Part shown: positions 1 to 8,094 of the stretch, in pieces
Numbering within the stretch: position 1 is the stretch's first letter
Layout: each line of letters opens with the position of its first letter
Notes under the pieces: model-generated
What the model was told of the DNA's origin: nothing
Seen by the model: the letters and a program-made list of their open reading frames with translations, nothing else
The model's database searches: none
Source: an uncultured virus (IMG/VR IMGVR_UViG_3300020281_001373)
Taxonomy: Duplodnaviria > Heunggongvirae > Uroviricota > Caudoviricetes
Length of the DNA stretch: 20,000 bases
Virus record (IMG/VR): IMGVR_UViG_3300020281_001373
Reading direction: 5' to 3' (one strand)
Position numbers and translations under genes: made by a program

Positions 1-557
1 TTGCAAAAGCACTTATTGGTGAAACAGTAAAAAGAAGCGGTCAGTTAGGAGATATATTAGCTATACAACAAGGTGCAATTGTAAATCCATATTCATATCA
101 GGTATTTGGTGGAATGCAACACAGACAATTCTCATATACATTTGACTTTGTACCTAAAAATAAAAAAGAAGCACAAGAAGTTGCTAATATATGTGATATG
201 TTTTTATTTCATATGCTTCCAGCAAGAGGTATGCCTGGAAAAGAACAAGATGATAAGGTTGCAACTGCTGAATCTTTCCAAGAAGTTGAAGGTGAAGATA
301 ATCTTTCAGCAACAGGAGAACTTTTAGAGAGCAAACATTTCTTAAAAATGCCATGTCAGTGGGATATTACATATTACAGAAATGGTAATAGATTATCAAA
401 CTACATACAAGAACCTAATAGATGTTTTTTAGATTCATGTAATATTACTTATGGTGGAGATTCACAAAATCTTTTACATACTGATGGTGCACCAGTAAAA
501 ACTACTATGGAACTAAGTTTTACTGAGATAGAACCATTAGTTCAGGGTGCAACATAA
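1..557 (+). CDS. gp48: Baseplate tail-tube cap/junction protein, T4 gp48-like (5' partial)
   Basis: The frame of ORF 114..557 is open back to the window start (AKALIGETVKRSGQLGDILAIQQGAIVNPYSYQVFGGMQHRQFSYTFDFVPKNKKEA). It has the VNP..F.G...R.F.F.F.F.PKN..EA signature and C-terminal G.PV.TTMELSFTEIE typical of gp48/gp54-type proteins, and lies directly before gp53. Confidence 0.8.
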   Translation, partial: AKALIGETVKRSGQLGDILAIQQGAIVNPYSYQVFGGMQHRQFSYTFDFVPKNKKEAQEVANICDMFLFHMLPARGMPGKEQDDKVATAESFQEVEGEDNLSATGELLESKHFLKMPCQWDITYYRNGNRLSNYIQEPNRCFLDSCNITYGGDSQNLLHTDGAPVKTTMELSFTEIEPLVQGAT

Positions 558-1213
558 TGTCATACTTTCAAAACTTTCAAAGATTAGTATATCAATTTCC
601 TGATGATATAAAAAGAGTTATTACTGATCTATCAATCAGACCTAAATTCAGGGATAATGTTTTAGAGAATGCTAATAATTTTGAATTCTATAATTGTAAT
701 GATGGAGATACACCAGAGATTATTGCTTATGAACAATATGGTGATTCTAATATGCATTGGGCAATATTAATTGCAAACAATGTTATGAGTATCTATAATG
801 ATTGGGTGAAAGATCAGGCTCAATTTAAAGAATTTTTATTTCAAAAATATAAAACACAAACTGATAGTGATGGAGCTACAGTCACTTTAACAAGAACTGG
901 AGTCACAGAGTTTACACAATTTGTTGGTACATCTTCAAATGATTTTTCTAGCTATGTGACTGGTACAACTGTAAGAACTAGACCATCTCATTTTGAGGAT
1001 ACAAATAAAGTTTATTACTCTTATGATAGTATTGTAAATAATGGTTCTGGTAAAGATGCATTTGGAAATGGAATATCCTATCCAACTGTATCTCCAGTAT
1101 CGATAGAAACTGTAGAAGATAGATTGAATGAAGAAAAAAGAACTATCATTATTCCTACAGAAGAAGTAGTCGAGAAAATGCGTAAAGAAATCAAAGAGTA
1201 TGTAAATGGATAA
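557..1213 (+). CDS. gp53: Baseplate wedge protein, T4 gp53-like
   Basis: MSYFQNF start, LysM-like DGDTPEIIAYEQYGDSNMHWAILIANN and C-terminal EDRLNEEKRTIII are characteristic. TAATG overlap with the upstream gene. Confidence 0.88.
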   Translation: MSYFQNFQRLVYQFPDDIKRVITDLSIRPKFRDNVLENANNFEFYNCNDGDTPEIIAYEQYGDSNMHWAILIANNVMSIYNDWVKDQAQFKEFLFQKYKTQTDSDGATVTLTRTGVTEFTQFVGTSSNDFSSYVTGTTVRTRPSHFEDTNKVYYSYDSIVNNGSGKDAFGNGISYPTVSPVSIETVEDRLNEEKRTIIIPTEEVVEKMRKEIKEYVNG

Positions 1214-2393
1214 TCACTCAGGAAAGTCAGGAAATTTTCCAGGAAAATGGGAACTTAAAAAAGCTGAAGTAATCAGAGGCGCAGATAGTCTAGAGATTAC
1301 AAAACTTGTCTCAGAGTTCAATGTATATGCATCAATAATAGACCCAACAATAGTTGGTGAATTATTAGTTATTGATGGTAGAAATGTATTATCTGGTCTA
1401 CCTGTTCAAGGTGGAGATCTTGTAAAACTATCAATAGACATTACTGGTGAAATCAGAGAATATACTTTGAGAATTGCACAGATTAAAAATATTAGTGATT
1501 TAGAAACTCAGAGAATGTATATTATACAGTGTGTATCAAATCTATTCTTTGAAAGCTTTCATCATAAATTATCGCAATCTTTTGAAGGTCCACTAAATGA
1601 TATAGCATTTAAGATATATGAAAAATATACAGATGAACCATTTGGAATTTTTGAAGCTTCTAAGGGTAGTGAAACAATAATAATACCAAATTGGAATCCA
1701 ATTAAAGCATTAACCTGGTTAGCCGCTAGAGCTGAATCGCTCGAACAACAAGTAAGATTTAGATTCTTTCAAGATACAAAAGGTTTTTATAACTTTATGC
1801 CTATAGAAAAAGCACTTACTAATTATAAAGATAATCCACCATTTGAATTTGTTTATCGTGGAAATGCAAGCGGTGATAAAGATTTTTTTGCTATAAAGAA
1901 TCTTGTTTTTAATCCAGCATCTTATGATTTAGGTAAAGCTTTGAGAGAGGGATATTTAAAAGGCAGAGCATTTGATATTAATATCTCGAAAAAAACTTTA
2001 GGTATCGTTGATTATGATTACTTTAAAGAATTTGATAAGAAAGATTACCTTAACGACTATCCAAGTTATTATAAACAAGATTTTGGTGTTGGTAAAATTA
2101 AAATGGATTTAAGTACCGCTGGTAGTAAGAAAACAAACGTATCAGATTTAAAAAGAACTTCAGTCACAGATTATAATCAGATGGTACAAATTACTATATT
2201 TGGAAACTCAGAAATTGATGTTGGTCAAGTTGTAGAACTAGATATTCCAAATCCAGACCCAGGTAATAATAAAGAACAAGATAAACTGTGGGCTGGTAAA
2301 TATTATGTAATAGGCAAAAGAGATCTTTATACAGGTGACAACTGTTCAATGGTTCTTGATTGTGCAAAAGAAAGTATGGGTATAGAGTTATGA
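1206..2393 (+). CDS. Probable baseplate hub protein (gp27 / phage late control D-like)
   Basis: 395 aa between gp53 and gp5. N-terminal EITKLVSEFNVYASII..G.LLVIDGRNVLSGLPVQGG and C-terminal ITIFGNSEIDVGQVVELDIP...AGKYYV resemble hub proteins of contractile tails. Confidence 0.65.
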   Translation: MDNHSGKSGNFPGKWELKKAEVIRGADSLEITKLVSEFNVYASIIDPTIVGELLVIDGRNVLSGLPVQGGDLVKLSIDITGEIREYTLRIAQIKNISDLETQRMYIIQCVSNLFFESFHHKLSQSFEGPLNDIAFKIYEKYTDEPFGIFEASKGSETIIIPNWNPIKALTWLAARAESLEQQVRFRFFQDTKGFYNFMPIEKALTNYKDNPPFEFVYRGNASGDKDFFAIKNLVFNPASYDLGKALREGYLKGRAFDINISKKTLGIVDYDYFKEFDKKDYLNDYPSYYKQDFGVGKIKMDLSTAGSKKTNVSDLKRTSVTDYNQMVQITIFGNSEIDVGQVVELDIPNPDPGNNKEQDKLWAGKYYVIGKRDLYTGDNCSMVLDCAKESMGIEL

Positions 2394-3667
2394 TGTTAGA
2401 TGGAAAAATGTATTGGTTTACTGGTGTCGTTGAAGATAGAAATGACCCGATGTCTATGGGTAGAGTAAAAGTAAGAGTACATGGTATACACACAGATGAT
2501 AAAGCCTTAATTCCTACAGAAGATCTACCATGGTCTCATGTAATGACACCTATAACATCTTCTTCTCTTGGTGGTATAGGTACATCAGCAACTGGTATAC
2601 AAGAAGGTTCTTGGGTCATAGGTTATTTTTATGATGGTGCAGATATGCAAGAGAATATTATTCTTGGTACACTACCATCCAGACCATATAAACCTAATCC
2701 TGAACTTGGATTTTACGATCCTACAGGTATCAATCCAATAAGAAATACTGGTGTAGACACACCATTCTCTGCTACGGATGAATTTGATAATCATGTTTCA
2801 TATATAACGAAGGTTGATTTAAGACAAGATAAAGTAGAGACGGCTATTCCACCATTTTTAAAAACAGTAAGTATAGATGAAGAAGACGATCCTAAATTTG
2901 AAAGAAAAACATGGAATAGTCCAAAAGTACAAAGAGATAAGGAGCCAATATATCCATTTAATAAAGTGACTGAAACAGAACGAGGTCACGTATTTGAAGT
3001 AGATGATACACCAACAAATGAAAGAATATCCATGTTTCATAGAACTGGTACAAACTTTGAAATTCAAGATAATGGTGATATGACATCCACAGTGGTGGGT
3101 GATAACTATACGGTGATATTTGGTAGTGATAGAATATATGTAAAAGGTAATGTAGATATTACAATTGATGGAGATGTAAGAGAACTAATTAAAGGTAATT
3201 ATCATTTAGAAGTAGAGAAAGATTATACAGTAAATGTAAAAGGTTCTCGTAATACTGCAATAGGTAATAATGAATTAATTGAAATTGGTCAGGCATACTC
3301 AGCTAATATCACAAATGACTATACAACAAGAATTGGTGGTCATGAAATAAGAATTGTAGACAAATCAAGAAACACAACAATCGGTGATTCAGAAGATTTA
3401 ACAGTCACAACAAATATGAATGAGATAGTTTCTGGTAAGAGAGATATGTTTACTAAACTAGGTCATACTCATATAGTCACCGATAAATTAAATATATCAG
3501 CATTGGATGATATTACGATTGGTACAAAAGCCAATCATATTGAAACAATTAAAGGTAATAGAACAGAAAACATAACAGGCGACGTAAGCGAAACAGTAGG
3601 TGGAAATGTCACCGAAGCTATTACCGGAAACTTGGATATTGATGCCGCCAGAATTGATTTGAACTAA
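2390..3667 (+). CDS. gp5: Baseplate central spike, T4 gp5-like (OB-fold plus beta-helix, no lysozyme domain)
   Basis: WFTGVVEDRNDPMSMGRVKVRVHGIH..LPWS OB-fold, YPFNKVTETERGHVFEVDDTP..ERI motif, V.G./I.G. beta-helix repeats and a blunt end IDAARIDLN. Start moved to ATG 2390, which forms an ATGA overlap with the hub stop. Confidence 0.92.
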   Translation: MMLDGKMYWFTGVVEDRNDPMSMGRVKVRVHGIHTDDKALIPTEDLPWSHVMTPITSSSLGGIGTSATGIQEGSWVIGYFYDGADMQENIILGTLPSRPYKPNPELGFYDPTGINPIRNTGVDTPFSATDEFDNHVSYITKVDLRQDKVETAIPPFLKTVSIDEEDDPKFERKTWNSPKVQRDKEPIYPFNKVTETERGHVFEVDDTPTNERISMFHRTGTNFEIQDNGDMTSTVVGDNYTVIFGSDRIYVKGNVDITIDGDVRELIKGNYHLEVEKDYTVNVKGSRNTAIGNNELIEIGQAYSANITNDYTTRIGGHEIRIVDKSRNTTIGDSEDLTVTTNMNEIVSGKRDMFTKLGHTHIVTDKLNISALDDITIGTKANHIETIKGNRTENITGDVSETVGGNVTEAITGNLDIDAARIDLN

Positions 3668-4053
3668 TGAATGAACTTTTAAACTCAGAGTTATTAAGTG
3701 TTTGGAACTTGCTCGGTCCATGGGCTGCTATTATAGGTTCTATAATTGTTGGTATGTGGATAAGAGATTGGTCTACAGGATTTGCAAAAGGTGCTCGATT
3801 CAGAATGAGTAAATCTTTTAATGAAGGTGATAAGGTAATATTAGATGGTTGTCCAGCACTTATCATTAAGATTGGATTTACTGAATCGGTATTTGGTGTA
3901 TACAATAAAGATGGATATACATGGAGATATGTACAGAACGAGAGAATACCATTTCTTAAATTAGAAAAGATAGTAGATAAAGATTTACTTCACAAGAAAA
4001 ATGGTATAAGATTAGCAGAACTTGAGGCTGGAAAAAGTGGCAAAGAAAAATAA
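3667..4053 (+). CDS. Small membrane protein with MscS-like beta domain
   Basis: One hydrophobic helix (LLGPWAAIIGSIIVGMWI) followed by DWSTGFAKG..F....FNEGDKVILDG....IIKIGF, which resembles the TM3/middle domain of MscS channels. Confidence 0.55.
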   Translation: MNELLNSELLSVWNLLGPWAAIIGSIIVGMWIRDWSTGFAKGARFRMSKSFNEGDKVILDGCPALIIKIGFTESVFGVYNKDGYTWRYVQNERIPFLKLEKIVDKDLLHKKNGIRLAELEAGKSGKEK

Positions 4054-4597
4054 GATTCTACCAAAATTAGCTGTAGCATATATTGATATGCCTGAACCAG
4101 AAAAAATTACTGAGGATAGTGTATTATATGTTATGGATGAGATTGAAACCAGAACACCTTTTTGGGAAGCATCTGTAGCGGCACATGATGAGAATCCATC
4201 TTATGCAGTAGAACAATTTTGTGAAGAACATGGTTTGAAGTTTCCATCTGAAAAGGTAAAACTTCTAGAAGATGAATCAATAGATACTATTAAGTTCTTT
4301 AAGAGAAAGTTTTCAAAGGATAGACCTTATGAAGCCGCTAGAAAAATGGGATTACCAGAACTAGATAGATTACCTAGTAAGACAAATAAAACAAGGTCAT
4401 ATCCTAGCGGTCATTCAACTCAAGGATATCTATCAGGTTTATATGTTGCTGGTCTATATCCAGATTATGCAGATGGTTTAATAACCGCAGGTTTAGAATG
4501 TGGTATTGGTAGAATTAAGGCTGGCTTTCATTATTTGAATGACCATCATGGTGGTATACATTTAGCAGAACAGTTGTATAGGTTAATAAAGAAATGA
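4037..4597 (+). CDS. PAP2 / acid phosphatase / vanadium haloperoxidase superfamily protein
   Basis: All three motifs are present: K-x6-RP (KRKFSKDRP), SYPSGH and R-x4-HY-x2-D (GRIKAGFHYLND). The start is uncertain (GTG 4037 chosen over TTG 4022). Confidence 0.85.
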   Translation: MAKKNKILPKLAVAYIDMPEPEKITEDSVLYVMDEIETRTPFWEASVAAHDENPSYAVEQFCEEHGLKFPSEKVKLLEDESIDTIKFFKRKFSKDRPYEAARKMGLPELDRLPSKTNKTRSYPSGHSTQGYLSGLYVAGLYPDYADGLITAGLECGIGRIKAGFHYLNDHHGGIHLAEQLYRLIKK

Positions 4598-5199
4598 AGA
4601 GTTTTACTGAAGTACTAGAAGAAGCAGCTGGTAAAGGTTTAACTGTATTTGATATAGATGATACATTATTTAGAACTGCTGCAAAAGTAAAAGTTAGAAA
4701 TAAAAAAACAGGTGATGTAAAAGAGCTACCACCAGTTCAATTTAATAAGTACAAACTGAAGAAAGATGAAGAGTGGGATTTTGGTGAGTTTAAATCTGCA
4801 AAGATATTTCAACAGACGGCAATGCCTATTGGAAGAATGGTAAAGAAGGCTAAAGCTATTATTAGAAATGCTACTAAGCGTGGTTCTAAAGTAATTATTA
4901 TTACAGCTCGTTCTGACATGGACGATAGAGACTTATTCTTAGATACTTTCCGCGCGCATGGAATAGACATTGATAAGGTACATGTAGAAAGAGCTGGTAA
5001 TCTTGGTGGTAGTGCAGCTGCAGCTAAGAAAAAAATATTTCAAAAGTATCTTAATTCAGGAGACTTTGAAAGAGTAAGATTCTTTGATGATGATAAAAAT
5101 AATTTAAAGAGCTTTCTATCTCTTAAAAAAGAATTTGATAAGGTAGATTTTTCTGCCTTTCAGGTACAAAATAACGGTACAGTTAGGAGTGTAAAATGA
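4594..5199 (+). CDS. HAD-superfamily hydrolase/phosphatase
   Basis: Motif I VFDIDDTLF, motif II IITAR, conserved Lys and motif IV FFDDDKNNL. ATGA overlap with the upstream gene. Confidence 0.85.
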   Translation: MKSFTEVLEEAAGKGLTVFDIDDTLFRTAAKVKVRNKKTGDVKELPPVQFNKYKLKKDEEWDFGEFKSAKIFQQTAMPIGRMVKKAKAIIRNATKRGSKVIIITARSDMDDRDLFLDTFRAHGIDIDKVHVERAGNLGGSAAAAKKKIFQKYLNSGDFERVRFFDDDKNNLKSFLSLKKEFDKVDFSAFQVQNNGTVRSVK

Positions 5200-5267
5200 C
5201 ATTTGCAATTATGATAGGAATTACTATTATTATGTTATGGATTATTAGTTCAGTGGCGGGTATATAA
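5196..5267 (+). CDS. 23-aa hydrophobic peptide MTFAIMIGITIIMLWIISSVAGI
   Basis: Not in the ORF track. AGGAG at 5185-5189, ATGA overlap with the HAD stop and TAATG overlap with the PAAR start; it fills the gap exactly. Confidence 0.7.
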   Translation: MTFAIMIGITIIMLWIISSVAGI

Positions 5268-5563
5268 TGCCAGAAGTCACTCGTCTAGATGATAAACATG
5301 TAGGTCACGCAAGTCCTACACCAAATCCATTTCATCAAACTGCTTATGTAGGTGGTTCAGATAATGTGTTTGCTAATGGTAAGAATGTAATGAGAGCTAA
5401 TCAAGATTCTACATCTTGTGGTGATCCTGCAACTGGTGGTTCTGGAACTGTGTTTGTAAATAATAAACCTGTGCATAGAAAAGGAGATGCAACTGGTGGT
5501 CATGGTAGTTGGGTACCAAACTCTTCTGCTGAAGGTTCACCTGACGTTTTTGCTGGAGATTAA
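5267..5563 (+). CDS. gp5.4: PAAR-family spike tip protein (T4 gp5.4-like)
   Basis: 98 aa with PEVTRLDD.HVGH, GSDNVFANGK, CGDPATGGSGTVFVNNKPVHRKGD..GH and GSPDVFAG. Confidence 0.92.
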   Translation: MPEVTRLDDKHVGHASPTPNPFHQTAYVGGSDNVFANGKNVMRANQDSTSCGDPATGGSGTVFVNNKPVHRKGDATGGHGSWVPNSSAEGSPDVFAGD

Positions 5564-5564
5564 T

Positions 5565-6746
5565 ATGGTTAAACAATGTGGTGCTAATGAAGCTTTAAAA
5601 GGTCTACAAGATAAGACTAAAGAAATGGCTGATACACTTACTGATGCTGTTGATTTAGAAAAGTTAGAGGAATTCAAAGCAAAGGCTGAGGGTATAGCAG
5701 ACGAAGTCAAAGGTAAATTAGTTTCTCAAATACCAAAACCAAAGAACCTGCAAGTTGAACTCGGTAAATTAGCTGAGGTCAAAGATGCCATTGGTGTAGG
5801 ACTTGCTGTGGCTGCAATTGAAAAAGATTTTGCAAAAGGTTTAGCTGCTGGAGTTTTAACTGGTGCACTTAAGAATATTGTACCACCACTTTTACAGGGT
5901 GCAGCAGGTGTTGTTCAAGATGCGAAAGATGCTATATCAGATGCGTTAGGCGGTAAAGAGTTTGATATATGTAAGAATATACCTAACCTTGAATTAGATG
6001 AAGATGGTGAGCCGGTTGAGAAAGCAAAAGTAGAGGCTAAGCCAAATGAGAAGGCAGACACACAAGAAAAAGTAGAACCTACTGTAGAAGATAATTCAAA
6101 GAAACCAAGCTCAGGTGGTGGAACGTTAACACTCGATGAATTTAAAGCATTGAATAAAGAAATAAGTGAGGGTGCTGCTGCTATCATGGATGAGTATAAT
6201 AAAGTCGGTAGTAAAGAGCCATACGGAAAAGCATTTACTAAGCAAGCAAACTTAGAGAGTCGAGAAAAAAATAAAGCAAACTTAAGAAACCTACAATTTA
6301 CAATGAATGAACAAGGTTGGATGGATCCAGTAGATATGTTTATTAATAATGCTATGGATGAAGAAATTATAGATTGGTATTTCCCACATTATCAAACTAT
6401 CGCAGATAAGTCTTATGCAAATGCTTTAGTATTTCAAATTAATGAAAATCTAAACTCAATAGAAGGTGGTTTAGAATATGCTGGAAAAGGTCTATATAAA
6501 ATGTTTGATCAGGATGATTGGCACGACCATACCAAATATCCAAATATGTTCATTTACCAGTTTTTCAAGAATTCAAGGGATATTAAAATAAGAGATGCTC
6601 TTGGTTATGGTTTTAGAAAAGGAAATGAAAATATTGCTGAAGTACACGAAGCTTTATTTAAAAAAATATTAGATTATTATAAGTCTGATGAGGTGAAAGA
6701 GAAACTTGCAAAAAAACTAGAGTATCAGAAAGAGTTATTTAGTTAA
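5565..6746 (+). CDS. Hypothetical protein (Ala/Lys-rich helical N-half, charged linker, aromatic C-half)
   Basis: Long ORF. Start moved to ATG 5565 (GGAG at 5555-5558, 1 nt after the PAAR stop). Confidence 0.75.
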   Translation: MVKQCGANEALKGLQDKTKEMADTLTDAVDLEKLEEFKAKAEGIADEVKGKLVSQIPKPKNLQVELGKLAEVKDAIGVGLAVAAIEKDFAKGLAAGVLTGALKNIVPPLLQGAAGVVQDAKDAISDALGGKEFDICKNIPNLELDEDGEPVEKAKVEAKPNEKADTQEKVEPTVEDNSKKPSSGGGTLTLDEFKALNKEISEGAAAIMDEYNKVGSKEPYGKAFTKQANLESREKNKANLRNLQFTMNEQGWMDPVDMFINNAMDEEIIDWYFPHYQTIADKSYANALVFQINENLNSIEGGLEYAGKGLYKMFDQDDWHDHTKYPNMFIYQFFKNSRDIKIRDALGYGFRKGNENIAEVHEALFKKILDYYKSDEVKEKLAKKLEYQKELFS

Positions 6747-6766
6747 TGCTCTTGCAAGAGCACTTT
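6747..6766 (+). terminator. Palindrome/hairpin after the 5565..6746 gene, possible weak intrinsic terminator
   Basis: Perfect 16-bp palindrome TGCTCTTGCAAGAGCA (6747-6762) followed by CTTT; the U-tract is short. Confidence 0.45.
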
Positions 6767-6770
6767 CCTA

Positions 6771-6778
6771 TATAAATA
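6771..6778 (+). promoter_or_regulatory. T4-type late promoter TATAAATA
   Basis: Exact consensus, intergenic, followed by GAGGT and ATG 6793. Confidence 0.8.
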
Positions 6779-6792
6779 GATAGAGGTAAATT

Positions 6793-6969
6793 ATGAATAT
6801 ATTTCAAAAAATTTGGAGGGTAATTGTTCCTCCTAAAGTAAAGCCAGTTTCAGAACTTAAAGAGATGACGAAACTTGAGCTTGAAGAATATGGTCGTATG
6901 TTTGGTTATGAAGTAGACAGGCGTTTAACTAAAGATAAAATCATAAAACAAGTAAGCAAACTCAAATAG
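6793..6969 (+). CDS. 58-aa basic protein with a Rho-N/HeH-like helix-extension-helix motif
   Basis: Not in the ORF track. GAGGT SD. Translation MNIFQKIWRVIVPPKVKPVSELKEMTKLELEEYGRMFGYEVDRRLTKDKIIKQVSKLK; the L..MTK.EL......G.......TK..LI-type pattern is HeH-like. Confidence 0.75.
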   Translation: MNIFQKIWRVIVPPKVKPVSELKEMTKLELEEYGRMFGYEVDRRLTKDKIIKQVSKLK

Positions 6970-6980
6970 AGAGGTAAACT

Positions 6981-7430
6981 ATGTTGACATTATTGTCCAC
7001 GCTGTTAGGATTCGGAACTTCATTTGTTCCTAAGATTTTGGATTTCATGCAAGATCGAAAGGATAAGTCACACGAACTAGCTGTCATGGAAATGCAAATG
7101 GAAAGAGAAGCTAATCTTGCTACTTACAAAGCAGAAGCTATGATGCAAGCTGCAGAAGTACAAAGAGATTCTCAATTACTAGTGCATGACACAGAGACAG
7201 GTAAAGGTGCTTCACAATGGATTACGAATTTAAGATCTTCTGTCAGACCAATAATTACATACTTATTCTTTGCAATTTTCTTCTTTGTAGAAGGTGTTGC
7301 TGCGTATGTAGTATTGACACAAGGCGGAGATATTGAAGCAATCACACAAGCATTATGGTCAGAAGAAACACGTTCAATCTTCGCTGCTATAGTAGCTTTT
7401 TGGTTTGGTTCAAGAGCAATTAAAAAATAG
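6981..7430 (+). CDS. Holin-like membrane protein (GTA 3TM holin family)
   Basis: N-terminal hydrophobic segment, charged coil, W...LRSSVRPIITY, two further hydrophobic helices and a FWFGSRAIKK end. GAGGT SD; close to the endolysin. Confidence 0.75.
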   Translation: MLTLLSTLLGFGTSFVPKILDFMQDRKDKSHELAVMEMQMEREANLATYKAEAMMQAAEVQRDSQLLVHDTETGKGASQWITNLRSSVRPIITYLFFAIFFFVEGVAAYVVLTQGGDIEAITQALWSEETRSIFAAIVAFWFGSRAIKK

Positions 7431-7439
7431 GAGTATATT

Positions 7440-7637
7440 ATGAAAGCGGAATTAAACATTCGTGACGTAGCGGATTGTATTAAAATTATAGATATATGTG
7501 CTAAACGAGGAGCATTCGATGGCATGGAAATGGAAGCTGTGGGCAAAGTCAGAAACAGACTCGAAGCCTTCACACAAGCGTACACAGAAGCAAACCCACC
7601 AAAAGAATCAGATGAGCAACCCGACGAAGGTAAGTGA
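7440..7637 (+). CDS. Hypothetical phage protein (IIDICAKRGAF motif)
   Basis: AGGAG SD. The L...D......IID....RGAF...E...VG....L..F pattern is one I recognise from small phage proteins of unknown function. Confidence 0.75.
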   Translation: MKAELNIRDVADCIKIIDICAKRGAFDGMEMEAVGKVRNRLEAFTQAYTEANPPKESDEQPDEGK

Positions 7638-8094
7638 TAACTGTATAAGAATGATTAAACACCATGAAGGTGTGAGACAACAGCCATATCAAGACCCAAT
7701 AGGTTTATGGACTGTAGGTGTTGGTCATCTTATAGGTGATGGTAAAAAACTTCCTAAGGAATGGAACAAGACATTTACTATGGAAGAAGTAGATAATATT
7801 TTAAAAGCTGATTTAGCTCGATTTGAAAGAGGTGTTAATACACTTATTCCAATTACAAGACTTACACAAAATCAATTTGATGCTTTAGTATCTTTTTCAT
7901 TTAATGTTGGATTAGGTAATCTACAAGCATCTACACTCAGACAGAAGCTTAATCGTGGAGATTATGAAGGAGCTGGCAATGAGTTTCCAAAATGGAGAAA
8001 AGCTGGCGGTAAAGTTTTACCTGGATTAGTAAGACGAAGAGCTGATGAGAAGAATTTATTTATGTCTGATGTTATCCACGCAATAGGATATTAA
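7612..8094 (+). CDS. Endolysin, GH24 phage lysozyme
   Basis: Catalytic E-x8-D-x5-T (HHEGVRQQPYQDPIGLWTVGVGH), QNQFDALVSFSFNVG and GKVLPGLVRRRADE. Start moved to ATG 7612. Confidence 0.93.
   Translation: MSNPTKVSDNCIRMIKHHEGVRQQPYQDPIGLWTVGVGHLIGDGKKLPKEWNKTFTMEEVDNILKADLARFERGVNTLIPITRLTQNQFDALVSFSFNVGLGNLQASTLRQKLNRGDYEGAGNEFPKWRKAGGKVLPGLVRRRADEKNLFMSDVIHAIGY

Noticed and set aside
106..327. 73-aa + ORF
   Set aside because: Alternative frame inside the gp48-like gene.
3460..3475. HxH (GHTH) in gp5, and MHVH at 10634, as iron-binding spike or fibre motifs
   Set aside because: These are single occurrences away from the spike apex. gp5 ends in a PAAR-binding blunt end, so the evidence is too weak.
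2194..7585. Minus-strand ORFs 2194..2493, 2858..3067, 3497..3721, 3621..3905, 5915..6187 and 7172..7585
   Set aside because: Antisense shadows of well-supported + strand genes, with no recognisable motifs.
2360..7611. Longer ORF-track starts at 2360, 5487 and 7498 (also 10679)
   Set aside because: They overlap upstream genes extensively; downstream ATGs fit the overlaps, SD sites and family N-termini better.
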